A DNA stretch of 64,000 nt from Octopus sinensis (taxonomy: Eukaryota). Where the stretch lies: the NCBI RefSeq assembly GCF_006345805.1, contig NC_043001.1, positions 131,316,001 through 131,380,000 of the forward strand, given 5' to 3'. Numbering within the stretch: the first letter of the stretch is position 1; each line of letters begins with the position of its first letter. The notes beneath the pieces were generated by a model. It had not been told where the DNA came from, searched no databases, and was given only the letters and a program-made list of their open reading frames with translations. Positions 53,080 to 64,000 of the stretch are shown piece by piece. The translations under genes were made by a program, and so were the position numbers.

Positions 53080-53114
53080 GTTTTACGTTTCGAGCAGAGC
53101 TCTTCCTTAGAAAC
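53080..53114 (-). ncRNA. Minimal type I hammerhead-like motif in a Penelope-like element end
   Basis: RNA GUUU-CUAAGGA-A-GAGC-UCU-GCUC-GAA-ACGU-A-AAAC. Stem I GUUU/AAAC, stem II GAGC/GCUC, palindromic stem III; core G5 is replaced by A. Confidence 0.55.
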
Positions 53115-53225
53115 AGGAGACGGAGGAAAGTCCAAGAAAAAAGGAAGACGGGGGGAAAGAAATCGCCAACGATCCACATGTGGTTACATTTTGAAAAAAA
53201 AAAAAAATATATATATATATATATA

Positions 53226-53593
53226 GGCGCAGGTGTGGCTGTGTGGTAGTAGCCTGCTTACCAACCACATGGTTCCAGGTTCAGTCCCACTGCATGGCAC
53301 CTTGGGCAAGTGTCTTCTACTACAGCCTCGGGCCGACCACAGCCTTGTGAGTGGATTTGGTAAACGGAAATGTATGTGTGTGATTGTGTGTCTGTGTTTG
53401 CTCCTCCCACCAACATCGCTTGATAACCGATGCTGGTGTGTTTACGTCCCCGTAACCTGGCGGTTTGGTTTTTAAAAAAAGACCGATAGAAGAAGTACTA
53501 GGCTTACAAAGAATAAGTCTTGGGGTCGATTTGCTCGACTAAAGGCGGTGCTCCAGCATGGCCGCAGTCAAATGACTGAAACAAATAAAAGAA
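53226..53593 (+). mobile_element. SINE family A with internal deletion
   Basis: Head and tail intact; the segment around the microsatellite is shortened. Confidence 0.9.
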
Positions 53594-53721
53594 TATATAT
53601 TTATAAAACGTCCCACATGTGGGGAAAACTACATGGTCCGTCAGAGAACCTGATTGATCCAGAATTGACTTTACTGTAAAAAGTCTCTACCCTTTCTCAG
53701 CTTATGTTTCTTTATTAGCTA

Positions 53722-54118
53722 CTAGCAGTATCGCCCGGCGTTGCTCGGGTTTGTAAGGGAAATAACTATATAAGCATTTTTAGAGAGTTATAGCAAAAAA
53801 GTAGCAAAATAATGCATTAAAAATGGAAAAAAAATTATGGTAAATTTTTTTAAATTGTTGACTCATCGTAGACATTTTTAGAGAGTTACTTCCCTTATAT
53901 AATAGCGAAAAAATGCATTAAAAATGGAAAAAAATTATGGTAATTTTTTTTTTAAATCGTAGACTCATCGTAGACGCACGCTAATACCCAGAAGGGCTTG
54001 ATATGAATCACGACTATAAGATACCCGCTTTTGGTTAAACTGCACCGCAAAATGTGGGAGTAGTTAGGAATTTAAATCGTAGGAGACAGACACACAACTT
54101 CACTTTTATATATAAAGA
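53722..54118 (-). mobile_element. Non-autonomous Helitron
   Basis: Minus strand begins A|TC (tctttatatataaaag) and ends with an imperfect GC hairpin cccgagcaacgccggg followed by CTAG|T. No TSD. It has an internal ~95-bp tandem duplication. Confidence 0.8.
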
Positions 54119-54451
54119 TAAGGGGTTCGAAGATGTTGGACAGAACAAAGAGATTACAACAAAGCGGGGTTTTACATCAAGATTAACTAACGAAAACAAA
54201 CAGTAGGTATGATAACCACCTAAGGGCTAATCAAGAAACCCCCTAGAATAAGTTAGAAGTGGATTCGATAACGCGGCTGATGTTGTAAGATGAAAAAAGC
54301 AAAAGAAAGAAAACCTGACAAAGAATTTGTCCGAGTTATCAAAATATTCAATTTTTATATTTCTATAGGAGTCTGTTGGGAAAAAAATGGAAAATAGGAA
54401 TCTGTTCGGAAAAAACTGTTGGGTCATTAGAGAGAGAGAGAGAGAAATATT

Positions 54452-55744
54452 TGTTTCTTTATTGACCACAGGGGACTAAACATCGAACCCAGAGAGTAAC
54501 TGGTACTTATTTAATCGACCCTGAAAGGATGAAAGGCAAAGTCGACCTCGGCGGAATTTGAACTCAGAACGTAAGGGCAAACAAAATACCTATTTCTTTA
54601 TTACCCACAAGGGGCTAAACACAGAGGGGACAAGCATGGACAGACATAGGTATTAAGTCAATTACATCGACCCCAGTGCGTAACTGGTACTTATTTAATC
54701 GACCCCGAAAGGATGAAAGGCAAAGTCGACCTCGGCGGAATTTGAACTCAGAACGTAAGGGCAACAAAATACTACTCTACTTCTTTATTACCCACAAGGG
54801 GCTAAACACAGAGGGGACAAGCATGGACAGACATAGGTATTAAGTCAATTACATCGACCCCAGTGCGTAACTGGTACTTATTTAATCTCGACCCCGAAGG
54901 ATGAAAGGCAAAGTCGACCTCAGCGGAATTTGAACTCAGAACGTAGCGGCAGACGAAATACCTATTTCTTTATTACCCACAAGGGGCTAAACACAGAGGG
55001 GACAAACACGGACAGACATAGGTATTAAGTCGATTACATCGACCCCAGTGCGTAACTGGTACTTATTTAATCGACCCCGAAGGATGAAAGGCAAAGTCGA
55101 CCTCGGCGGAATTTGAACTCAGAACGTAAGGGCAAACAAAATACCTACTTCTTTATTACCCACAAGGGGCTAAACACAGAGGGGACAAGCATGGACAGAC
55201 ATAGGTATTAAGTCAATTACATCGACCCCAGTGCGTAACTGGTACTTATTTAATCGACCCCGAAAGGATGAAAGGCAAAGTCGACCTCAGCGGAATTTGA
55301 ACTCAGAACGTAGCGGCAGACGAAATACCTATTTCTTTATTACCCACAAGGGGCTAAACACAGAGGGGACAAACACGGACAGACATAGGTATTAAGTCGA
55401 TTACATCGACCCCAGTGCGTAACTGGTACTTAATTTATCGACCCCGAAAGGATGAAAGGCAAAGTCGACCTCGGCGGAATTTGAACTCAGAACATAAGGG
55501 CAAACAAAATACCTATTTCTTTATTACCCACAAGGGGCTAAACACAGAGGGGACAAGCATGGACAGACATAGGTATTAAGTCGATTACATCGACCCCAGT
55601 GCGTAACTGGTACTTAATTTATCGACCCCGAAAGGATAAAAGGCAAAGTCGACCTCGGCGGAATTTGAACTCAGAACGTAAGGGCAAACAAAATACCGCT
55701 AAGCATTTCGTCCGGCATGCATACAATTCTGCCAGCTCGCCGCC
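54452..55744 (-). repeat. Tandem array of family B SINE bodies (~184-bp period; six units plus one partial) with one head and one 15-bp TSD
   Basis: Units start at 54591, 54778, 54963, 55146, 55330 and 55514. Flanks agagagagaaatatt at 54437-54451 and 55747-55761. Confidence 0.93.
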
Positions 55745-56178
55745 CTAGAGAGAGAAATATTAACAGAATCTTAAAATGTGGCCTCGTGCCATCCTACGAA
55801 TTTCTTATTCTTAAGGAATCAGAGGTGAGGACCGTAAATTTTGCCCTATCTCCAAAACGAGTGGCAAGAAGCAGTGTGATTATTAAGCTAGCTTGAACAT
55901 GAGTAGGAAGAAAGGTAAACACTTAGGCGAGATTCGAACTTGATATCTCGCTTGCATAGCGACAACCGATTACATTACAGAAATCAAACGGAACTCTACA
56001 ACCAACACCTTTCTGCGCGCGTTAGCATCATGTAATATTTTTATAATGTATTGCGGTACATTTCAACGACTGAGATAGCGAAGCAGTTTCAAATAACGTG
56101 TTTGTTAGAATATAATTTTCGTACATATACACATACATACATACACACATATATACATGTACATTCGTATATATATAT

Positions 56179-56564
56179 GAGTGGCTGTGTGGTAAGTAGC
56201 TTGCTAACCAACCACATGGTTCCAGGTTCAGTCCCACTGCGTGACATCTTGGGCAAGTGTCTTCTGCTATAGCCCCGGGCCGACCAATGCCTTGTGAGTG
56301 GATTTGGTAGACGGAAACTGAAAGAAGCCTGTCGTATATATGTATATATATATATGTATGTGTGTGTGTGTGTGTCTGTCCCCCTAGCATTGCTTGACAA
56401 CCGATGCTGGTGTGTTTACGTCCCCGTCACTTAGCGGTTCGGCAAAAGAGACCGATAGAATAAGTACTGGGCTTACAAAGAATAAGTCCCGGGGTCGATT
56501 TGCTCGACTAAAGGCGGTGCTCCAGCATGGCCGCAGTCAAATGACTGAAACAAGTAAAAGAGTA
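56179..56564 (+). mobile_element. SINE family A
   Basis: Near full-length match. Confidence 0.92.
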
Positions 56565-56719
56565 ACAAAAATTATTGGAGTTTCAGTATTAGCACGGTTA
56601 ATGTATAAGTGGTTAAATTCTCGTCGGAGTATTTAAAAAAAAAAAAAAAACTTATCTTTCGGAGTATTATTATACATACAAGACGTAAATAAATACAAAC
56701 ACACCTTCTAAACAAATAT

Positions 56720-57348
56720 GTATATATATGTGTGTGCATATATGTATGTATACGTGCATATATGTATATATATGTATACATGCATATATGTATATATACG
56801 TGCATTTATGTAAATATACATGCATTTATGTATGTACATACATATATGTATGTATATACATAAATGTATGTATGTATATATACATAAATGTATGTATGTA
56901 TATATACATAAATGTATGTATGTATATATACATATATGTATGTATATATACATAAATAAAGGCGGTGCTCCAGCATGGCCACAGTCATTTGACTGTGGCC
57001 ATGCTGGAGCACCGCCTTTATTTATGTATATATACATACATATATGTATATATACATACATACATTTATGTATATACATACATATATGTATGTATAAATA
57101 TATGTATACATACATACATATACGTAAACATACATTCATATATACATATATGTACATGTATACATATATATATATATATACGTATGCATATATATATATA
57201 TACGTATATATTTATGTATGCATATATTTATTTATATATACACATATGTATGTATATATATATATGCATATATTTATTTATATATACACATATGTATGTA
57301 TATATATATATATATATATATATTTATTTATATATACACATATGTATG

Positions 57349-57394
<46 letters not shown>

Positions 57395-57417
57395 TTATAT
57401 ATACCACATATGTATGT

Positions 57418-57449
<32 letters not shown>

Positions 57450-57973
57450 ATATAATATATATATTTATATATACACATATGATGTATATAATATATATAA
57501 TATATATATATATATGTTTGTTTTGCTTTCCATTCGTATCTTTCGTTGTTCGAAAGAAAAGTCTATGTTCCATGAATTCATTCGTGCTTCGTTTCTTCTT
57601 TCTTTTTTTCGTTGTACACGATTCATGACGTCCTGTACCCTAATATGCATATATATATATATATATACATATTCATATATACGCATAGATGTAAGTGCGT
57701 ACATATACGTATGTATATATGCAAATATATTTATATATATGCATAGATGTAAATGCGTACATATACGTATGTATATATGCAAATATATATTTATATATAT
57801 ATGCATAGATGTAAATGCGTACATATACGTATGTATATATGCAAATATATATATTTATATATATATGCATAGATGTAAATGCGTACATATACGTATGTTA
57901 TATATGCAAATATATATATTTATATATATATGCATAGATGTAAATGCGTACATATACGTATGTATATATGCAC

Positions 57974-58032
<59 letters not shown>

Positions 58033-58045
58033 TTATATATATATA

Positions 58046-58080
<35 letters not shown>
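56720..58080. repeat. Compound TA/TATG microsatellite field, including a ~58-bp minisatellite at about 57683-57990
   Basis: Low-complexity sequence with repeated gcatagatgtaaatgcgtacatatacgtatgtatatatgcaaatata units. Confidence 0.95.
56901..57076. repeat. Perfect palindrome with 87-bp arms and a 2-nt spacer, containing an inverted SINE A fragment
   Basis: 56901-56987 is the exact reverse complement of 56990-57076. Confidence 0.93.
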
Positions 58081-58083
<3 letters not shown>

Positions 58084-58263
58084 TGTAGCTACGTCAGATA
58101 AACAAACACCATGAGGACTTCTTAGCATATATTAATATCTCGTAACAAAAGAAGTCAAAATATAATTGGAAATTTTCCCATCAAGCAATCAGTGCAGATA
58201 GAAAGAAAGTTTCAAAACAAAAATAGAGGAATAAAGTGGAAAAACTTTCAAGTGAAAACTTAC

Positions 58264-58344
58264 CGGCCGTTTAGTTCCTTTGTTCCGTGTAAATAGTGGC
58301 ACACCTCCACAAGTTGTCAAGCACATTAAACTACAAGCCGCCAT
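58264..58344 (-). CDS. FUZ: First coding exon of Fuzzy planar cell polarity protein (CPLANE subunit, longin N-terminus)
   Basis: Kozak accATGG, then MAACSLMCLTTCGGVPLFTRNKGTKRP and a phase-0 donor CCG|gtaagt. It matches the recalled Fuzzy N-terminal motif (Drosophila LLCLTTNGGLPVFTRKKG; human LLCLAASSGVPLFCR), where the next residues would be LPF. Confidence 0.82.
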
Positions 58345-58500
58345 GGTTGTTAAGCTAGCTACTTCTTACACATGCGCACTGAGAGCACAACAACGTTCTG
58401 ATGACCGACCGACCGACCGACCGACAAACCAACCAGTCAGCCAGTCAGCCAGCCTTCCTTGCCTGCCAGCTGAGAGTGCGACCTGCTTTATACAGATTTT
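58345..58500 (-). promoter_or_regulatory. CpG-rich 5'UTR/promoter of FUZ
   Basis: NRF1-like gtgcgcatg (58371-58379), a (GGTC)n tract and elevated GC/CpG directly upstream of the ATG. Confidence 0.5.
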
Positions 58501-58714
58501 TCTTTTTTTTAAATAAAAGAGAGAAAACTGTTAGATTAAAGTCTTGACGACGAAAACTTGGCTGTCCTCACCAACCACATAGAATTTATTTTATTTCTTT
58601 TTGTGGGTTTCATTTTCTCTTTTTTCCATTTTTTTTTCTCTTCGTTGAGGCTGAAGGATCGTTCTTTGTATTATTTTTATATTAATTTGAGATCTTTTCA
58701 CTATAAATATCAGT

Positions 58715-58861
58715 TTCTTTATTACCCACAAGGGGCTAAACACAGAGGGGACAAACAAGGACAGACATAGGTATTAAGTCGATTACATCGACCCCAGTGC
58801 GTAACTGGTACTTAATTTATCGACCCCGAAAGGATGAAAGGCAAAGTCGACCTCGGCGGAA
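58715..58861 (-). mobile_element. 5'-truncated SINE family B with 10-bp TSD
   Basis: TSD aaatatcagt at 58705-58714 and 58862-58871, a TPRT signature. Confidence 0.9.
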
Positions 58862-59095
58862 AAATATCAGTCAATACATACTTTACACTCACCCACAAAG
58901 GATTATCTTATATAAATTTATTATATTATCCTGGCTGTTCATAAATTATCTTTACAACTTCCACAATCGCATTGTAGCGTCTAAGATGTGTTTTGTGCAA
59001 CCAGTGGAACCCACGTGGAAGTGTTCTGATGTTTCTTATAAAAACTATTTGTTAGCCAAAAACTCTACTGAGTTATCATTATTTATTTATTTATT

Positions 59096-59468
59096 TACTC
59101 TTTTATTCTTTTACTTGTTTCAGTCATTTGACTGCGGCCATGCTGGAGCACCGCCTTTAGTCGAGCAAATCGACCCCGGGACTTATTCTTTTGTAAGCCC
59201 AGTACTTATCCTATCGGTCTCTTTTGCCGAACCGTTATGTGACGGAGACGTAAACGCACCAGCATCGGTTGTCAAGCAATGCTAGGGGGACAGACACACA
59301 TACACAAACACACATATATATATATACATACATATATACAACAGGCTTCTTTCAGTTTCCGTTTACCAAATCCACTCACAAGACACTTGCCCAAGATGCC
59401 ACGCAGTGGGACTGAACCCGGAACCATGTTGTTGGTTAGCAAGCTACTTACCACACAGCCACTCCTGC
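59096..59468 (-). mobile_element. SINE family A with internal deletion
   Basis: Reverse match lacking the ggcattggtcggcc...atagcag segment. Confidence 0.9.
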
Positions 59469-59542
59469 ATCTATTTATTTATTTATTTATTTTTTTTTCA
59501 ATGTTTCCTTTGTAATATTAATTATGGACACCTGTATATATA

Positions 59543-59745
59543 ATCCTTTCTACTAAAGGTACAAGGCCTGAAATTTTGGGCGACGGGGTATGTCGATTAT
59601 ATCATCCAGTATTTCACTGGCAATTATTTAGTCGACACCGAAAGGATGAAAGACAAAGTCGCTTTCGGCTGAATGTTAACTTAGGCCGTAAAGACGGACG
59701 AAATTGCTCTAAACATTTTGGTTAGTGCGGTAACGATTCAGCCTA
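59543..59745 (-). mobile_element. Old SINE family B variant (B' tail)
   Basis: Same tail as 252-466 (aatcctttctact...aaggcctgaaatttt); diverged but retains CpGs. Confidence 0.75.
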
Positions 59746-59792
59746 ACGTATATATGCATTATAATAGATGTTATATAGTTCTGATATACGTG

Positions 59793-59870
<78 letters not shown>

Positions 59871-59871
<1 letters not shown>

Positions 59872-60068
59872 ACGGGAAGCTTTATGAAAATAAACAAAAG
59901 ACGAAGGCAGGTGGAATACAAACAAACAATTGTATTAGTATGGCGCTCAGGAATATAAACAAAACAAGTCTTTTACGTTTCGAGCCTACGCTCTTCAACA
60001 GAAAGATACACAGAAAAGAAACACGGAGAGAAACAAGGAGAGAAAAAAATGCGTGCAGAAGCTAGCGA
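59871..60068 (-). mobile_element. ~200-bp Penelope-like short element within (TA)n, carrying a hammerhead-like motif (59969-60006)
   Basis: Homologous to 62360-62577 in opposite orientation. The motif reads UCUUU-CUGUUGA-A-GAGC-GUAG-GCUC-GAA-ACGU-A-AAAGA. Confidence 0.65.
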
Positions 60069-60074
60069 TATATG

Positions 60075-60166
<92 letters not shown>

Positions 60167-60603
60167 CAGACAGACAGACTTACACACACACACACAGACG
60201 CACAAATATTCATACACATTATAGACACATTTAATATATATGTGTGTTTCTATCTCTTATGATAAAAGGCAGATTTTCTCTGCCTGTTCTGTTCCCATGT
60301 TCCTTTTTAATACAATTCAACAATATAGAACGTTGACGCCAGGGAATAACAGTTAGTTACTACTGAAGTGCCAGTGGGACACCCTAGCTCTGCTGCAGCC
60401 AATCGCTTATTTTATGTTTTCGATTCTTTTTCAAAATCTCGAAATACTGAATGCAGTATTTGGTTTTACAGGATGTCACAAGGCACATGACGGGTGCAAC
60501 GTTAAATAAAGGCTCTAAATTAGTCAGTAATATCCACTTATGGAGGGGAAAAATCTATCACGCTGGACTTTAATTTATGTAGAGCATTCAAATAGGTTTA
60601 TGT

Positions 60604-60694
60604 CATAGCTGATATTCCATATCCAAATTTCATAGCTGATATTCCATATCCAAATTTCATAGCTGATATTCCGTATCCAAATTTCATAGTTGAT
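60604..60694. repeat. 28-bp tandem repeat, about 3.3 copies
   Basis: tcatagctgatattccatatccaaattt repeated. Confidence 0.9.
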
Positions 60695-60849
60695 TTTCTC
60701 CATCTATAAGTCGATTTAAAAAATAAATAATTTACTGATTCTGCGACTAATTTATGGACAGCGCAAAGACTACTACAGTCAGCCCTCTTTTCTTAGTTGT
60801 TTCTACGTCTAACATGCTCGACTTAATCAATTTTCGGGCATCATTCGCC

Positions 60850-61490
60850 CAGTTTTTAGTCATGACATTCAATAACTAACACGTCATATTATTACGACAA
60901 GTCCTCCTGCTTCTGTCGCCCTAGACGTCTTACTCTAGCGAGAATGAAAATTACCGAAGAAGAATTTAAGCCATATGTAACAGCAGCTTGAGATTATTCA
61001 ACCTCCTAATATTTGGGCATCTCCTCTTCATGTGGTTCAGAAAGAGACCGAAGGTGATTGACGTCTCTATGGAGATTTCAGAATATTAAATGCTAAAATG
61101 ATGCTGGCAAAATATCCTATTCCTTACACTCATGATTTCTCCTCTCTCTATAGAGCTACTGTGTTTTCGTAGCTACATTTAGTTCGTCCCCCTAGCAAGA
61201 TTCCGATAGAACACAGTGACATTCCTTAGACGGTTATTACTATACCTTTTGGACTATGTGACTTCCTTAGAATGCCTTTAGGATTCCAGAATTCTGCGAA
61301 TTCCTTCTAAACACTTAGTATATATCAATAAAGTAATTTGCGGTTTGAATTTCGTTTTTGCTTACAATGATGATTTTTGATTTCTCGTGCTTCGGAATCT
61401 AAATCTACTCTTCGCTAAATTTTCACATTACGGAGTGGTGATTAAGCCTAGTAAATGCCTTTTTGGTGTTCAATTTTTAACCCTTTCAGG
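60850..61490 (+). pseudogene. Degraded Gypsy/Ty3 pol (reverse transcriptase) relic
   Basis: Piecewise translation LEIIQP...WASPLHVVQKETEGD...GDFRILNAK...KYPIP, IPFGL..FLRMPLG, FAYNDDF and HYGVVIKPSKCLFGV. Confidence 0.8.
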
Positions 61491-62280
61491 CCACACTGGT
61501 ATTCGCTCTATGGCGTAAAATGTATATGTAAATCTATTTTCGTTTCCTTTGGGTTATTATAGACTCACTGTTTATAATAAAACACAGTGTTGTGAGGTTC
61601 CTACTGAGTTTTGAACAATCACATTCAAGTTCTTCAGTTCAAGATCACGGCCTACTTTGCTGCCATAAAAGGCAAGGCTAGTTACGAAAAATTCTGACGC
61701 CAAAAAAAAAGAAAAATGAAAAAATAGGGATTAACGCCTACGCGGACATGGCTCGAACAATCAGATCGGTTGGTGTATAACCTAGTGAGTTGGGATCTTC
61801 CCGTCAGATAGTCTGGTCGAATTTTCTAGAAACTCTATTGAACGTTATAAAAACTGGAGTTTTGAATTCTCAGACAGAACAACCTCTCTAGCTTTACATG
61901 GAACTATGTCATTCAGTTCTCACTTCTCCCTGGTCCTCCTAGTAGAACCTGAGGTGCTAGTTGAAAATATGTCTGTCAGTTTTGTGACCAGGCATTCTTA
62001 TTCTTTTAACTTAATTTCTTCTCAATAATTATGAACTGTTTTCGTATTACAATTTAGCATATTATGTAGTGATAACTTATGCTTATTCAGGTCAATAGCT
62101 CTTGAATGCTGTTCTATTTATTCAGCTTCATTTATATGTAAATGCAAATGTTCCAAATTAATAAAAATGTATGAGAATTAATACCATATTACTGTGGTCG
62201 TTATAAATATAACATGCAGCCCACCAAATGCTGTTATTCATCGATAACTATTTTACAACATACATACCAGACTAAACATG

Positions 62281-62357
62281 CATACATTCATACATACGTA
62301 CATATACATACATACATACATACATACATACATACATACATACATACATACATACAT
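62281..62357. repeat. (CATA)n microsatellite
   Basis: Direct reading. Confidence 0.97.
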
Positions 62358-62359
62358 AA

Positions 62360-62577
62360 CTACCAGAGTCCAGCCAGCTGCCATGATTGACCGCTAGCTC
62401 CAAAAGATTTTTTATTCTCTCTCTGTTTATTTCCTCGTGTTCCTTTCTGTTGAAGGGCGTAGGCTCGAAACGTAAAATATTTTCTCACCTTCCCAAGCGT
62501 TAAACTAATACACCAGTTTATTGTGTATACACCTATCTTCGTCTTTTGTTTTTTTTTTTTTTGTAAATTTCAACTAC
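62360..62577 (+). mobile_element. Penelope-like short element within (CATA)n, carrying a hammerhead-like motif (62444-62477)
   Basis: ctttctgttgaagggcgtaggctcgaaacgtaaaa; homologous to 59871-60068. Confidence 0.65.
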
Positions 62578-62603
62578 ATACATACATACGTGTGTATGTA
62601 TGT

Positions 62604-64000
62604 CATTATTCAGTTTATTTCAAGATTTCTTGTCGATAGAGAAAGAACCGGGTTCTAACCTAGATCCAAGTTTCCTACATTGGAATTTCAACATCAACAA
62701 AAGGGTATTTTTGTATGTATGTATGTATGTATGTATACGTATGTACGCATGTATGTATGTATGTATGTATGTATGTATGTATGTATGTATGTATGTATGT
62801 ATGTATGCATGTATGCATGTATGTATGTGTGCATGCATGCATGTACGTACTTATGTATGTATGTATGTATGTATGTACGTATGTATGTATGTATGTATGT
62901 ATGTATGTATGTATGTATGTGTATGTATGTATGTATGTATGTATGTATGCATGTATGTATGTATGTATGCATGCATGCATGTACGTACTTATGTATGTAT
63001 GTATGTATGTATGTACGTATGTATGTATGTATGTATGTATGTATGTATGTATGTATGTATGTATGTATGTGCAGATTCGTATGTTTTATGTATGTATTCT
63101 CATGCATATAGTTACATATCTAGACATGCTCATATATATGTAAATGATAAACTTCTGGAAAGTTTTACAGATTTTTACATTCCAGTGATGGATTGGATCA
63201 GTAGTCTTCGAATTAGCTTTCTCTTTTCTGGTTTTGAGAAGCCTAATTTCTCAAGATTGGTATTTAGGCAGTGTGTTACATATACTAGGGCCCCAATAAT
63301 TACAGGTATAAACCTGAACTTGTAATCTGGATAGAGTAACTGTAGATTTCTCAATAGTTCAGCATAGGTGTTCTCTTTTTCACTGATCTTCAGCTTTATG
63401 TTAACATCTACTGGGCAGCTAATTTCTACAACTATGCACAGTTTCTCTTCTCTATCGCAAATCATTATATCAGGTCTGTTGTGCTTACATTTTATTGAGG
63501 TCTTCACTGGTACACTTCACCAGTATTCCTTTTCATTATGAGTAACTATGACTTCTACCATATTGTGGGTTTTTATTTCGTTGTCCTCGGTATTATCCTT
63601 CCGACGGATTTCGTTATAGAGTGTCCTAGCTACAACGTCATGTCTCATCGGTAGATAATACCGTGATGACATTTTCGGATAACTGCTTATGATGTGGGTG
63701 ATATCTTCAGTGTGAACTCCACAAAGTCTGCAACGGTTGTCACATTTTACGGCTTTTCGGCATCTCTATCCCTTTTGTGTATCAGGTACTTGGTTGATAT
63801 TTCCTGTTCGTCGATTGCAAACGGATACCCTTCAAAGTAGGAGGCAATAATCCGGCTAATCGTCCATGATAAACTGCTTTGATGATCGATGTTACTATAT
63901 CATCCATGCACAGTCTTCTGCTCAAATAGGCTCATCCTTTCATCTGATATGTTGCGGTAGAGTTGTGCGACTTCTTTGGGTAAGTATTCTAGGTTATCAG
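62604..64000 (-). mobile_element. 3' part of an R4/Dong-clade non-LTR retrotransposon, running off the window end
   Basis: Minus-strand zinc-knuckle-like KCDNRCRLCGVHTEDITHIISS...RHDVVA and restriction-like endonuclease NRPDIMICD...VVEISCP. The putative 3' UTR contains about 360 bp of (CATA)n, and its 3' end abuts CATA repeats. Confidence 0.85.
63175..64000 (-). pseudogene. Disrupted R4/Dong ORF C-terminus (zinc knuckle + RLE)
   Basis: ORF track 63175-63507 gives the PD-(D/E)xK-type RLE segment. The upstream part has stops and frameshifts. Confidence 0.8.

Noticed and set aside
55925-55975. tRNA-like fragment (gttcgaatctcgcc on the minus strand)
   Set aside because: Only a B-box and a short stem; no full tRNA structure.
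56708-58082. Long ORFs (up to 353 aa) rich in Y/I/C/M
   Set aside because: Translations of TA/TATG microsatellites, which lack stop codons; not protein-like.
62600-63143. ORFs of 100-240 aa with (MYVC)n or (HTYI)n repeats
   Set aside because: Produced by the (TATG)n tract.

Overview
AT-rich, repeat-dense eukaryotic DNA. The SINE families, long (TA)n/(CATA)n tracts and Dong/R4, RTE and mariner content point to an octopus or other coleoid cephalopod genome; this is inferred from recalled repeat families, not from a database search. The only host gene I can identify is the first coding exon of Fuzzy (FUZ, CPLANE complex) on the minus strand at 58264-58344, with a CpG-rich promoter and 5'UTR. 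No later FUZ exon was recognised, so most of 1-58 kb may be one very large intron. The rest is transposon-derived: about 30 copies or fragments of four tRNA-type SINE families, a full-length but disabled Tc1-type transposon with D-36-E spacing, two mariner relics (one interrupted by a MITE), a non-autonomous Helitron, Gypsy, CR1-like and RTE relics, Penelope-like short elements, and the 3' part of an R4/Dong LINE. Most notable: three minimal hammerhead-ribozyme-like motifs with covarying stems, a U6 3'-end/SINE junction, a SINE expanded into a dimeric higher-order array inside one TSD, a perfect palindrome centred on a SINE hairpin, a 506-bp foldback, and a locally templated 238-bp insertion. 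All coordinates and translations were read by eye.
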